64,000 bases of DNA, from positions 15,075 through 79,074 of the IMG/VR virus record IMGVR_UViG_3300045988_107203, one strand, 5' to 3'. A program made the position numbers and the translations under genes. The notes under the pieces were generated by a model. That model was not told the DNA's origin, made no database searches, and saw nothing but the letters and a program-made list of their open reading frames with translations. Below are positions 17,506 through 26,880 of this stretch, piece by piece; position 1 is the stretch's first letter, and each line of letters opens with the position of its first letter. This stretch comes from a virus.

Positions 17506-18825
17506 ATGAAGTCGAGAACGAAATTGGAAAAGCTGGTGACGGAGTTAAGCGGAAAACTGCCTGCCATCACGAAGGAACAGGAAGACTGGGCCAAAGAGCA
17601 TCTGTTTGACCATTTTGCCTACAAATGTAAGGATGAGCTATGGTGTTCCGAATGTGGTAAGATGTGGATCAATACGAGTAAAGATAAATTGGGCGACAAA
17701 ATCGAATGCCCTTATTGCCATCATCAATTGGACGTAAAGGTCAGCCGGAAGCAGAAGATCCGTGAAGAGGCGTATATGTCCATCCTGCAGGTGAAAGGCG
17801 GGTTCCAGGTGATCCGGCATATACTATGTTGGAAAAATATTCGGAAGGAAACTTCTCCGGTGTGTTATGATTTTACAGAAGTGGTTCAAGAGTGGATTCG
17901 TGAAGACGGAAAACGTACGATCATAGCCCGACCGATGAACATGGGAGGTAACGGATGGATATATGGTGAACCTCTCAGTATCAAAGGAGAATATGGAAGT
18001 AGCCCCTATAACTATTACGGTGATTTATATGCGATACATGGAGAGCTTTATCCAAGGAAAGAATTACTGCCGGAATTAAAAAAACGGGGACTGAATCGAC
18101 GGTTCCCAGATGTAACCCCGTCGAAATTGATACGTGATTTATTGAAAGGTGGTAACGATTCGGAATTGTGTCTGAAGACCGGGCAAATCTCCATGCTGAA
18201 GCATATGTATAGAAACGGCTTCTATCACCTTCGCTATAAACCGTCGTTCAACATCTGCAACCGTAACCATTATATTATCAAGGATGCGTCCATGTGGGAA
18301 GATTATATGTCTTTGCTGTCTTACTTTGGTAAGGATATGCGTAACGCCCACTATGTCTGCCCTAAGAACCTGAAAACTGCACATGATAAACTACTAAAGA
18401 TAAAACAGGTACGTGAAGCCAAGTTGAGACAGGAAAGAGATCGAGCACAATCTATCAGTAAGCGTGAAAAGTTAATGAAGGATATAGCCGGCTTCTACGA
18501 GCGGATGGAAAAGTTCTTCGGATTGAGAATCGAAGAAGAGGATATAATCATCCGCCCTTTGGAAAGTGTCACCCAGTTTTATCAGGAAGGTAAGGTCATG
18601 CACCATTGCGTATATCAGAACGGATACTACAGACGGCCGGAATGCCTGATATTATCGGCAAAGGACACGGCTGGAAAACGATTGGAGACGATAGAGGTAA
18701 ACTTGAATACACTGGATATCGTCCAGTCCCGATCCTTCTGTAACGGCGTAAGCGAGTATCACGATCAGATAGTAAAACTGGTGAAAAAGAATATAAATCT
18801 GATTCGTCGTAAAATGATTGCATAA
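17506..18825 (+). CDS. PcfJ-like protein (439 aa)
   Basis: N-terminal CxxC...CPYC zinc ribbon; C-terminal MHHCVYQNGYY...FCNGVSEYH resembling PcfJ-like family (pCF10 PcfJ); local GC content higher than flanks. Confidence 0.45.
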   Translation: MKSRTKLEKLVTELSGKLPAITKEQEDWAKEHLFDHFAYKCKDELWCSECGKMWINTSKDKLGDKIECPYCHHQLDVKVSRKQKIREEAYMSILQVKGGFQVIRHILCWKNIRKETSPVCYDFTEVVQEWIREDGKRTIIARPMNMGGNGWIYGEPLSIKGEYGSSPYNYYGDLYAIHGELYPRKELLPELKKRGLNRRFPDVTPSKLIRDLLKGGNDSELCLKTGQISMLKHMYRNGFYHLRYKPSFNICNRNHYIIKDASMWEDYMSLLSYFGKDMRNAHYVCPKNLKTAHDKLLKIKQVREAKLRQERDRAQSISKREKLMKDIAGFYERMEKFFGLRIEEEDIIIRPLESVTQFYQEGKVMHHCVYQNGYYRRPECLILSAKDTAGKRLETIEVNLNTLDIVQSRSFCNGVSEYHDQIVKLVKKNINLIRRKMIA

Positions 18826-18837
18826 ATAAAGTAAACT

Positions 18838-19122
18838 ATGAGGTACGCATTAAGAAAGCAGGATAAGATTGCGGCTGCAATAGGTGATGATTATTTGAAA
18901 AATCATATCCTCAAAAGTCTTGATAGTTTCTTCCGAAAGAGCAATGATGAATGTATAATCAGTTCTGTTGAATTGGACACCTATCAAACCGAATCAGGAG
19001 AAAGTTATGCCGTGTTAAGAGTTAATGACCTTGCAGATGATAACGCAATGTTGGAGTTTGCGGTAATTGGGAAAGAGTTCGATGTTTTAAAACTTGCCTT
19101 TTTAGGCAGAATGAAAGGATAG
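18838..19122 (+). CDS. hypothetical protein (94 aa)
   Basis: tiled ORF. Confidence 0.5.
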   Translation: MRYALRKQDKIAAAIGDDYLKNHILKSLDSFFRKSNDECIISSVELDTYQTESGESYAVLRVNDLADDNAMLEFAVIGKEFDVLKLAFLGRMKG

Positions 19123-19126
19123 AACA

Positions 19127-19456
19127 ATGAAAATAAGCAAGAAAGTTCTCAAGGGGATTAAGTCAGAGGCACTTCGATTGAAACAGATATACGAAGCCCC
19201 GAACCCCGAAGTTGATAAAATTATTTCCGAATTACGTGAGGAAGCAAAGGGGAAGCCGGAAAACATGAGCAAGGATGAAGAAATTGCCTACATCCTCGGA
19301 AATGCTGACGAAAGGCATTGCAGCGAATGTGTACACTACGAGGCTTGCCCGAACTGTCAGATGTACTGCAAAGCTCTGCAACGGAGAATAACAGCAAGGA
19401 AATCTGCCAAGAACTGCAAGTATTACAAATCATTTATCAAGGAGGTAAAGAAATGA
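19127..19456 (+). CDS. hypothetical Cys-rich protein (109 aa; CSECVHYEACPNCQMYC)
   Basis: tiled ORF. Confidence 0.5.
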   Translation: MKISKKVLKGIKSEALRLKQIYEAPNPEVDKIISELREEAKGKPENMSKDEEIAYILGNADERHCSECVHYEACPNCQMYCKALQRRITARKSAKNCKYYKSFIKEVKK

Positions 19457-19884
19457 CAAAAATAAAATTGAATTGGGCATACGCAAAAGGCGAATTTGAC
19501 ACCGATACATTGAAACTGATATGTATTCCGGCAAGAGGGAAGCGTGTGTTGGGTCCCGATGAATTGGACGCAGAACTTTGTATCAAAGATGGCATGAACT
19601 ACCAAATAGCAGAAATCCATTTGGGAGATGTGGAAAGTTCCAATGTCCTTTGCAATGAGATAGCAAGGCGATGGAATGAGTTTAATTCACGGACTAATAT
19701 TAACTCAGTATGGCATGATGTGAAAGAATGCCCGGAAAGGAAAAGGGAATATCTTACTCAATGTAAGAATGACAGATTTAACGTAATCTCTGATTCAATG
19801 GATTGGGATAATTTTTATAAAAAAGCCGAAATTATCCGTTGGGCATACATTGAAGATTTGATACCGAAAGGAGGCAAGGAATGA
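19455..19884 (+). CDS. hypothetical protein, WHD..E.P / RWAYIEDLIP family member 1 (~143 aa)
   Basis: SD AAGGAGG before ATG 19455 (track ORF 19318 is an upstream extension); shares SVWHDVKECP and IIRWAYIEDLIP with 20162-20497. Confidence 0.55.
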
Positions 19885-20162
19885 TTAAGATAATACTTCA
19901 AATGGCCTGTTCTCTCTTATTTATATCCGCACTTACATCAGGCGTATCAATCCAATTTAAGCCGTTTCATATATCGTTTGCTTATCCATTTTTCGGATTA
20001 GGAATGGTATTGATCACTATAGGCTTTGCCTTGTGTGTTGGGTCGTTTTACTACAAAGGTATTAAGGATAGTGGATATGAAGAAGGTTATAGTAAGGGCT
20101 TTGACACTGGGACCGAATATGTTATTGACTTAATTAAAGACAAAGAGAAAGGAGATGAATAA
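19881..20162 (+). CDS. small membrane protein (2 TM, 93 aa)
   Basis: hydrophobic helices; ATGA coupling. Confidence 0.55.
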   Translation: MIKIILQMACSLLFISALTSGVSIQFKPFHISFAYPFFGLGMVLITIGFALCVGSFYYKGIKDSGYEEGYSKGFDTGTEYVIDLIKDKEKGDE

Positions 20163-20497
20163 TGAAACGAGAAGATATTGAAAAAGCAGCAAAAGATTAT
20201 ACCATAGGTAAAACACATTTTCGGAGAAGCGTTCTCAAAGAAGTGGATGCAGACGATTATGTTTTACGCAAGGATAATTGCTATGAAGACTTCATGGCAG
20301 GTGCAGAATGGAGCATCAGCAGCGCGTGGCATGATGCAAGCGAAACACCACAACACAGTGGAATGTTGATTGCTATTAAACAAGATGGAACTCCTATTGT
20401 CTGTGGGCCAAATAACTCTAATTGGGAAATAGCTGTTAGAATTTTCCATATCGTAAGATGGGCCTACATCGAAAATTTACTGCCTATTACATGTTGA
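20162..20497 (+). CDS. hypothetical protein, RWAYIE(N)LLP family member 2 (111 aa)
   Basis: SAWHDASETP and IVRWAYIENLLP motifs paralogous to 19455-19884. Confidence 0.55.
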   Translation: MKREDIEKAAKDYTIGKTHFRRSVLKEVDADDYVLRKDNCYEDFMAGAEWSISSAWHDASETPQHSGMLIAIKQDGTPIVCGPNNSNWEIAVRIFHIVRWAYIENLLPITC

Positions 20498-20518
20498 ATA
20501 ATATATTTTCACGAGATC

Positions 20519-20734
20519 ATGACCGACAGAGAGTTTCTTGAAGAAAACAATAAAATGCTAAAGGAAATTCTAAGTTTTGTGAGAAAAGTTGATTCTGTTG
20601 AATACAGGGATCATCAAGACTTTATGGAATTTCTGAGAAATGTGGCAGCCGATATATGGGTGGAATATACGGAGCCTAAACAAAGAAGTAAGTTATTTAA
20701 TTTAATGAATAAAAAAAATGAAAACAGTTTTTGA
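20519..20734 (+). CDS. hypothetical protein (71 aa)
   Basis: tiled ORF. Confidence 0.45.
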   Translation: MTDREFLEENNKMLKEILSFVRKVDSVEYRDHQDFMEFLRNVAADIWVEYTEPKQRSKLFNLMNKKNENSF

Positions 20735-20903
20735 TTTAAGCAGAGATGAGATTGTGGCATTGACAGACGAAGAGATAAGTCTGTATATAGACAAAGAGCT
20801 TGTTGGTAAGGGTATTCCAATTGAAGCTAAAAACTGGAATATAAAGAACAAAAAAGAAGTCGTGTATCCAAGAACTGGAGTTCCAGTATTTATGATTATT
20901 TAA
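20718..20903 (+). CDS. hypothetical protein (61 aa)
   Basis: tiled ORF. Confidence 0.4.
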   Translation: MKTVFDLSRDEIVALTDEEISLYIDKELVGKGIPIEAKNWNIKNKKEVVYPRTGVPVFMII

Positions 20904-20929
20904 CCAACAAAACCACCATACTTTAGAAG

Positions 20930-22235
20930 ATGGATGAATTGGTTTGATTAATTTTGAATCAAAATTACAGATAAAAAAATGATTTCATACAAATACAACA
21001 TCTATCATTCCAAGAAAACGAAGTATCTCGACAAAATGCTTCGAGAATGTTGTTTTGTATGGAATCATGCTTTAGCTCTACAACGTAGATACTACAAACT
21101 GTTTGGAAAATATATCTCAGTTAGTAAAATGAAAAAGCATTTTGCAAAAAGGATAAAAAGAAATCTTCTTCATTCCCAAACAGTGCAAGAAATACTTGAA
21201 CGTCTTGATGAATCTTATAATCGTTTCTTCAAGAAATTGGCTAAACGACCTCCTAAGTTTAAATCACCGGAGAAATTCAATTCTTTTGTATTCAAACAAG
21301 GTGGGTTTACCCTGAATGGTAATTGTTTAACAATTAACAAAGGGAAGAAACGATTTAGATTTTCATACAGTAGAGTCTACGAAGGTAATGTTAAACAAAT
21401 TAGAATAGTTAGAGAAACCTGTTCACGTTTTAGTTTGATTATAGTTACAGATCATAATCTAACAAACTCTTATAGAAAGACACATGATGGTGCATCTATC
21501 GGATTGGATTTTGGCCTGAAAACTTATCTAACTAAAAGTGATGGGAACAAAATTGATTCTCCATTATTCTTTAAACAATATCAAAACAAGATTAGAAAAC
21601 TAAACAAACGGCTTTCTAATGCAAAGAAAGGATCCAACAATAGAAGAAGGAGACTGTTTGAACTACAACAAGCGTATCGTAAAATAAACGATCTTCGATC
21701 GGATTTTCAATGGGGATTAGCTCATGATTTGTGTAAACAATATGATTATATTTTTATTGAAGATCTAAACATTGAAGGAATGAAACGTTTGTGGGGAAAG
21801 AAAGTTTCTGATCTCAGTCATTCTTCTTTTATTGATAAACTAATGTATGTTGCCTCAAAGTATGGAGTGATAGTACACAAGATTGACAAATGGTATCCTT
21901 CTTCCAAAACTTGTGAATGTGGCTGCATTAATAAAGGACTGTCGTTACGCGACCGCACGTGGGTATGCCCGGCGTGCGGTCGCGTAACGACCGTGACATT
22001 CTTGCAGCCCGTAATATACTTCGGAAGGGCATTTCCGAATTGGAGAGCAAGAGTAATTCCAGCGATATTAATATCGGGGTTTCTTGCGTTTGTATCCAAG
22101 AATCCCATTTGCTTTAGCGATGGGAGTGTGTCATCTAATAATGAGATGATGATGATGGACGTTTTGCAGTGGTGTTCTGAAAGATTTAAAAATAGTATAG
22201 AGAAAGGAAAGAAATCAACTAATTAAATATTAATA
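20930..22235 (+). mobile_element. IS200/IS605-family (IS1341-like) element carrying tnpB only
   Basis: TnpB ORF; candidate left-end hairpin TTGATTAATTTTGAATCAA at 20944-20962; palindrome CGATATTAATATCG at 22058-22071 near 3' end where an omegaRNA would lie; no Y1 tnpA seen. Confidence 0.6.
20979..22117 (+). pseudogene. tnpB: TnpB (RNA-guided RuvC-like nuclease), near full length but frameshifted between zinc finger and RuvC-III
   Basis: RuvC-I IGLDFGLKTY, RuvC-II FIEDLNIEGM, ZnF CECGC...CPACGR in track frame; RuvC-III NDRDILAARNILRKG only in the -1 frame (MPGVRSRNDRD...LL* ending 22117); track ORF tail 22000-22226 is not TnpB-like. Confidence 0.8.
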
Positions 22236-22237
22236 CA

Positions 22238-22708
22238 ATGAATCGCTGGTTTGAAATTACGGTAAAAGCCGAGATTGATAATATCGAGAACGGCAAAAAA
22301 AAGAAAGTAACTGAAAAGTATTTGGTGGATGCCTTGTCTTATACAGAGGCAGAATCAAGATCGTTGGAGATCTTTAAGGATTTGTACAATTCTTTCGAGG
22401 TTGTAAAAATTAACCCTATTAAAGTGTCAGAAATCTTTTTCAACGGAGAAGCTGAGTACTGGTATAAGTGCAAGGTGAATTACATTACACTGGATGAAAA
22501 GAAAGGTAAAGAAAAGAAAACGCCATGCTATATGTATGTCCAAGCCGGCAATCCTAAAGACGCCGAAGCTGTGTTGACTAAAGGTATGCAGGGTACGTTG
22601 GGAGACTGGAATTGCGAGTCTATTGCTGAAACAAAGATCATTGAAGTGTTTAAATACGATCTGCAAAAAGGTGTAGAAAAATTGGGAGAAAAGAAAACTG
22701 ATGAGTGA
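22238..22708 (+). CDS. DUF4494-like protein (156 aa)
   Basis: MNRWFEITVKAEI...KYLVDALSYTEAESRS...YWYKCKVNYITLDE matches recalled Bacteroidota DUF4494 pattern. Confidence 0.55.
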   Translation: MNRWFEITVKAEIDNIENGKKKKVTEKYLVDALSYTEAESRSLEIFKDLYNSFEVVKINPIKVSEIFFNGEAEYWYKCKVNYITLDEKKGKEKKTPCYMYVQAGNPKDAEAVLTKGMQGTLGDWNCESIAETKIIEVFKYDLQKGVEKLGEKKTDE

Positions 22709-22931
22709 TGTTGTTTCCCGTGTAGCACTTGCGACGGCAATTGTATTATTGGTAGTAGCAGGTGCTACTTTGTTGATAGTGATTAAGACCGAAGAAGTAC
22801 CGAGATGGTTAATGAACTTACCATATACGTTATCTTTAACGGCAGTATCCTTTTCAATTATATCACTTGTATTGAAATATAGAGAGTGGAAAAGAAATTG
22901 TACGTCTGCGAAAGATGCGGACGAAAAGTGA
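22701..22931 (+). CDS. small membrane protein (2 TM, 76 aa)
   Basis: two hydrophobic helices. Confidence 0.5.
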   Translation: MSDVVSRVALATAIVLLVVAGATLLIVIKTEEVPRWLMNLPYTLSLTAVSFSIISLVLKYREWKRNCTSAKDADEK

Positions 22932-23404
22932 TGATAAGAAGTCATGGCTTATGCCAGGCTTGCAGGAGTAAAGAGTTGACTCCGAAGAAAAAAGACAGAA
23001 TTACATCCATTAAAAACAGCAGCAAGAAGAAAAAGTTAGAGAACCCGGATTTATCCGGGTTTTTTCGTCTTATGCTGGAAGAGTTAAATAATAGTCGGAT
23101 GTCTATGACCGGTAAGGCTATTCATTTTCCTACAGTATGTAACGTCTGTCACATACTTCCGAAAAGGATATATAAGTCAGTTGCTACTTGCAGGGATAAT
23201 ATAGTTTTCCTTCATGAATCGGAGCATACGGTATTCGACATGTATCTTGACCGGATGGAATTTGATAAACTTGAAACAGAATTTCCTTTTGTGTGGAAGT
23301 ATGCGGTAAAGAAGGTACTGGATATGGAAAGCAGAGGAATGATCAAGGAAAGAGGTAGGTTGATTATTGAAATAATTGATAGGTATGATAGAAGAAAAGA
23401 TTAA
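22886..23404 (+). CDS. zinc-ribbon protein, possibly HNH-like (172 aa)
   Basis: CERCGR...CQAC and CNVCHILPK...H motifs; GTG start. Confidence 0.45.
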   Translation: MEKKLYVCERCGRKVMIRSHGLCQACRSKELTPKKKDRITSIKNSSKKKKLENPDLSGFFRLMLEELNNSRMSMTGKAIHFPTVCNVCHILPKRIYKSVATCRDNIVFLHESEHTVFDMYLDRMEFDKLETEFPFVWKYAVKKVLDMESRGMIKERGRLIIEIIDRYDRRKD

Positions 23405-24704
23405 AATATTAATAGATTTAGGGTTTGTACCTATGGTGAAAGGAGAGGGAAATACGTTGTTTAGAATGAACGATGTTGTGATGTCGGTGTCAGATCCTAA
23501 CCAAACACCAGAGCAGTTGAAGAAGGAGGTTATGTCTTTAATAAAGAACAGAGACATAGCAGAAAGAGGCGGACAGGTTCCAGTAGTTAAAGAGCCGGCG
23601 CCTGAGCCAGAGCCGGTCCAGGGAGAGGAACCGGAAGCTCCGGCGGAGGAAGCCGCTCCTAACCCTGGAGAAGAAGATTCGAATCCGTTTACAGAAAATC
23701 AGGAAACATTAGAGCCGTTTTATATCTGTGATGAGTTAAAGAAGATTGAGACCCCCAAATTCGTAAGATTGACATTAGACGATAATCGTTTTTATGTAAG
23801 AAAGATGGATGATGGGACGGCTAAGATATATGCTTCGGTAACAACCTTAATCAAAGATGGGTATGTGGACGATAAGACAGCACTTCAGGAATGGAAGCAA
23901 GAGATAAAGATGCTTGGTCGCAATCCAGAAGAGGTGGCGCAGTATGAAGCCGATAAGGGAACGATCATGCACTACTTATACGGATTGTACCTAACAGGTA
24001 GAGATATGGTCTTAAATCGAAGCTTTGTGGTTAAGACAGTGCAAGAAGGTAAGCTGAAGATATCTAAGAAAAATCTTGATCGGTTCTTTAATAGCATAGA
24101 TGATCTTGACGATATGATTGTCAGAGTTATGAAGTTTGCCAAGTTTTGTTCGGAATATAAGGTTAAACCGATGATGATTGAAAGAATATTATCATTAGAA
24201 GATTATTTGGTAGCTACGCCGATAGATGCGATGGTTAAAATGACATTCAAATACAAAGAAGAAGGTTATTTTGGAGCCGTGTATCAAAGGGCCACAGGGC
24301 AGTTTAAGAAAGGTGATCCGAAGAAGGAGGTAAGAGAAGTGGAGAAGGAAGAAGTGGTTATTCTCGACTTTAAATCAGGGGGAATATGGGAATCATACGC
24401 ATTTCAATTAGAAGCTGAAAGAAGAATGGTTAAAGCATGGTATGGGATTGATGCACGTATTATGAACTTTTCTCCAAAAAGCACGAGTAGCAAAGGATAT
24501 ACGCTGAAAGAATGGACAGAAGACAGTATAGCACTTGAAAAGGCGGACTGCGTATTCCAACAAGGTATGTTGAATCACCTTAGAAAAGATAAGAAGTTCA
24601 AAGTGAGAAAAGGAGTATTAAATATCAATAAACCATACAATGAAGAGGATCATACGGTTGTATATGATATTGCAGAGGAAATGTCTAAAAGATTCGTAAT
24701 ATGA
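23376..24704 (+). CDS. hypothetical protein with Pro/Glu-rich linker; possible PD-(D/E)XK nuclease core (442 aa)
   Basis: PEPEPVQGEEPEAPAEEAAP linker; PIDAMV ... VILDFKSGG resembles motif II/III of RecB-like nucleases (weak). Confidence 0.5.
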   Translation: MIGMIEEKIKILIDLGFVPMVKGEGNTLFRMNDVVMSVSDPNQTPEQLKKEVMSLIKNRDIAERGGQVPVVKEPAPEPEPVQGEEPEAPAEEAAPNPGEEDSNPFTENQETLEPFYICDELKKIETPKFVRLTLDDNRFYVRKMDDGTAKIYASVTTLIKDGYVDDKTALQEWKQEIKMLGRNPEEVAQYEADKGTIMHYLYGLYLTGRDMVLNRSFVVKTVQEGKLKISKKNLDRFFNSIDDLDDMIVRVMKFAKFCSEYKVKPMMIERILSLEDYLVATPIDAMVKMTFKYKEEGYFGAVYQRATGQFKKGDPKKEVREVEKEEVVILDFKSGGIWESYAFQLEAERRMVKAWYGIDARIMNFSPKSTSSKGYTLKEWTEDSIALEKADCVFQQGMLNHLRKDKKFKVRKGVLNINKPYNEEDHTVVYDIAEEMSKRFVI

Positions 24705-24934
24705 GTGATATTGTTATTCCTAAAGGAGATTATGTGGAAATTGTAAAACCGATATGTATCAATCCTTTTGGTGGTTATTTTATTAACATCAAAAGGGGGT
24801 CAAGATTAAGATTATCGAAAGATTTGAAAATAGGGGATAAGTATGCAATATGCATACTCATATCTTATGAGAAATATGGCAAGAATGTTAATGTAACAAT
24901 GCCTATACTGGTTAGAAACACAAGAAGAGTATGA
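24701..24934 (+). CDS. hypothetical protein (77 aa)
   Basis: ATGA coupling. Confidence 0.5.
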   Translation: MSDIVIPKGDYVEIVKPICINPFGGYFINIKRGSRLRLSKDLKIGDKYAICILISYEKYGKNVNVTMPILVRNTRRV

Positions 24935-25281
24935 AGAGAAAAATTAGAAGAACAGGAGAGATAATAGACGTAATCACCTTTAGTAGCTCAACTACAAGAA
25001 GCGACCATGACAGAATACAGTTCTATGGTGATAATGGGAATGTGATAAGTGAGAGTTTAAATTTTTATCTCGATACCCTTCCTGTAAATGACGAAAACAA
25101 AGATGTAGACTGGGAACAACGTAGATTCGATCTTGTTAAGGCTTATTCTATTGAGTTTGTTAAAGCACAAAATAGAAAAGGTGAAATAGATTGCGGAGTA
25201 TATGTACCAGATGTGGTGTCATGGTCTATAACTATAGCAGATAGAATAATAGAGGCAATGAGGGGAATTAAAAATGCTTGA
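24931..25281 (+). CDS. hypothetical protein (116 aa)
   Basis: ATGA coupling. Confidence 0.5.
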   Translation: MKRKIRRTGEIIDVITFSSSTTRSDHDRIQFYGDNGNVISESLNFYLDTLPVNDENKDVDWEQRRFDLVKAYSIEFVKAQNRKGEIDCGVYVPDVVSWSITIADRIIEAMRGIKNA

Positions 25282-26287
25282 TTTTAGAAAATACGAAAAC
25301 GTACCTCGGTTTCAACTTGACCGCAGACCTGGCAGGAGCCGACTAAAGCTGACCTGCCCGGCTTGCGGGAAAAGCCGGTGCCTCACTCCTTATATTGATG
25401 TGGCAACAGGTCGGGTAGTTGGAAATGAGTTCGGGAGATGCGATCATGAACGGACTTGCGGTTATGATAAACGACCTACCGGCAAGGATGTAGGTGACAA
25501 AGATCTTTGGATTTCGGGAAATAAGTGTATAAGAGCTTATCGTCCTCCTGTAAATCCTGACGTTGTAAATTACATACCTTTTAGCGAGTTTGAGAGGACT
25601 GTAGTTCCAGATGATAGAAATACTGTATTTAGGTTTTTATCGTCTCTATGGGGAAAAGAAAGGGTATCTGACGTGTTTAGAAGATATCATGTCGGAACAA
25701 TGGACTTATGGGGATGGAAAGGGTGTTGTATATTCTGGCAGATAGATAAAGATTTTGTATGTAGAACCGGCAAGATCATGGACTTTTATATAAAAACCGA
25801 CGGCCAGGGGAATGAGATTGATGTAAAAAGAGTGAAGGAAAAAGACGGTGACAATGAGCGGCCTCATGTTATGTTTTATCACTCGTTGCATGCAAGAGAC
25901 TTCTTGTTTAGACAATGCCTGTTCGGAGAGCATCTTCTAAGCCAGTATCCGGATAAGGTGGTTAATCTGGTGGAATCAGAAAAGACGGCTATTATATGCG
26001 CTGTGAATAAACCAGATGAGTTATTTGTAGCTACCGGTGGGTTGCAGAATCTAAGGCCGGAAGTGATAGATGTCTTAAAAGATAGAAAGACTGTAGCTTT
26101 TCCGGACAAAGGACAAGCATTTGAGACATGGAGTAAAAAGATAGATGGGATGATGATGAAGTCAAGGATAAAAGTATCGGACTATCTTCAAAATGTTGAA
26201 AATGTAGGAGACGGAGATGATGTGGCAGATTTGATAATCAATAACAAGGTAAAAGAAAAACAGTATGAGCCTGGACGTTTATATTAA
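25274..26287 (+). CDS. primase-like protein: N-terminal Zn finger + Toprim-like C-terminal region (337 aa)
   Basis: CPACG...CDHERTCGYDKRP zinc-binding motif; VNLVESEKTAIICAV...VAFPDKG region Toprim-like (acidic motif imperfect); two genes upstream of DnaB-like helicase. Confidence 0.4.
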   Translation: MLDFRKYENVPRFQLDRRPGRSRLKLTCPACGKSRCLTPYIDVATGRVVGNEFGRCDHERTCGYDKRPTGKDVGDKDLWISGNKCIRAYRPPVNPDVVNYIPFSEFERTVVPDDRNTVFRFLSSLWGKERVSDVFRRYHVGTMDLWGWKGCCIFWQIDKDFVCRTGKIMDFYIKTDGQGNEIDVKRVKEKDGDNERPHVMFYHSLHARDFLFRQCLFGEHLLSQYPDKVVNLVESEKTAIICAVNKPDELFVATGGLQNLRPEVIDVLKDRKTVAFPDKGQAFETWSKKIDGMMMKSRIKVSDYLQNVENVGDGDDVADLIINNKVKEKQYEPGRLY

Positions 26288-26618
26288 AAGTAAGAAGAAA
26301 GAAGAGGATCGTGAATGGGTTGCGAACATCACCCACAACATGAACAAGATGGCACAAAGAATATTCGTATCAGAAAATAAAGAAACGCTGTACGATTATG
26401 TTTGGAGACCAGAAGAATTGGGTAGGGAAATAGATACCAATGAGATGAAGAATGTACTTACAAAAGGTATATGTATTATGATCTCCAAGAGAAAAAGTCT
26501 TTTGAAATACGAGCCAGAAAATGGATGGGGGTCTTATGATTCATTTCTTAAGTTTCTTATCAAATACAAAGAGGCGTGTGAAGATCATCCGGGTTATATA
26601 ATTGAAGCAAGTAGATAA
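26265..26618 (+). CDS. hypothetical protein (117 aa)
   Basis: tiled ORF. Confidence 0.5.
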   Translation: MSLDVYIKSKKKEEDREWVANITHNMNKMAQRIFVSENKETLYDYVWRPEELGREIDTNEMKNVLTKGICIMISKRKSLLKYEPENGWGSYDSFLKFLIKYKEACEDHPGYIIEASR

Positions 26619-26880
26619 CAACATGGAAAATTATAAAAATACTTTAAATGAGGTAGTGGTGATCGAATCGTCACCAGAAACGTATTTTGTTTACGCTATT
26701 CGTAATGCTATTCGTATCTCTAAATGTGCGTATCCGACAGCCAAGAAAGTAATTTTCAAAAGAGAGGACGTAGAGGTAGAGATCTCGGAAATGGAAACTG
26801 AAAACAGTTTGTATGAAAAGTTTAAAGAAAAACAAAAGAATAGGGTATGGAACTTAATGAGCGCCAACAACGGGTTTTAA
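26602..26880 (+). CDS. hypothetical protein (92 aa)
   Basis: tiled ORF. Confidence 0.5.
   Translation: MKQVDNNMENYKNTLNEVVVIESSPETYFVYAIRNAIRISKCAYPTAKKVIFKREDVEVEISEMETENSLYEKFKEKQKNRVWNLMSANNGF

Noticed and set aside
22000-22226. C-terminal 75 codons of track ORF 20979-22226 as genuine TnpB sequence
   Set aside because: The sequence after CPACGR in that frame is unrelated to TnpB. The RuvC-III motif sits in the -1 frame ending at 22117, so the tail is read-through caused by the frameshift.
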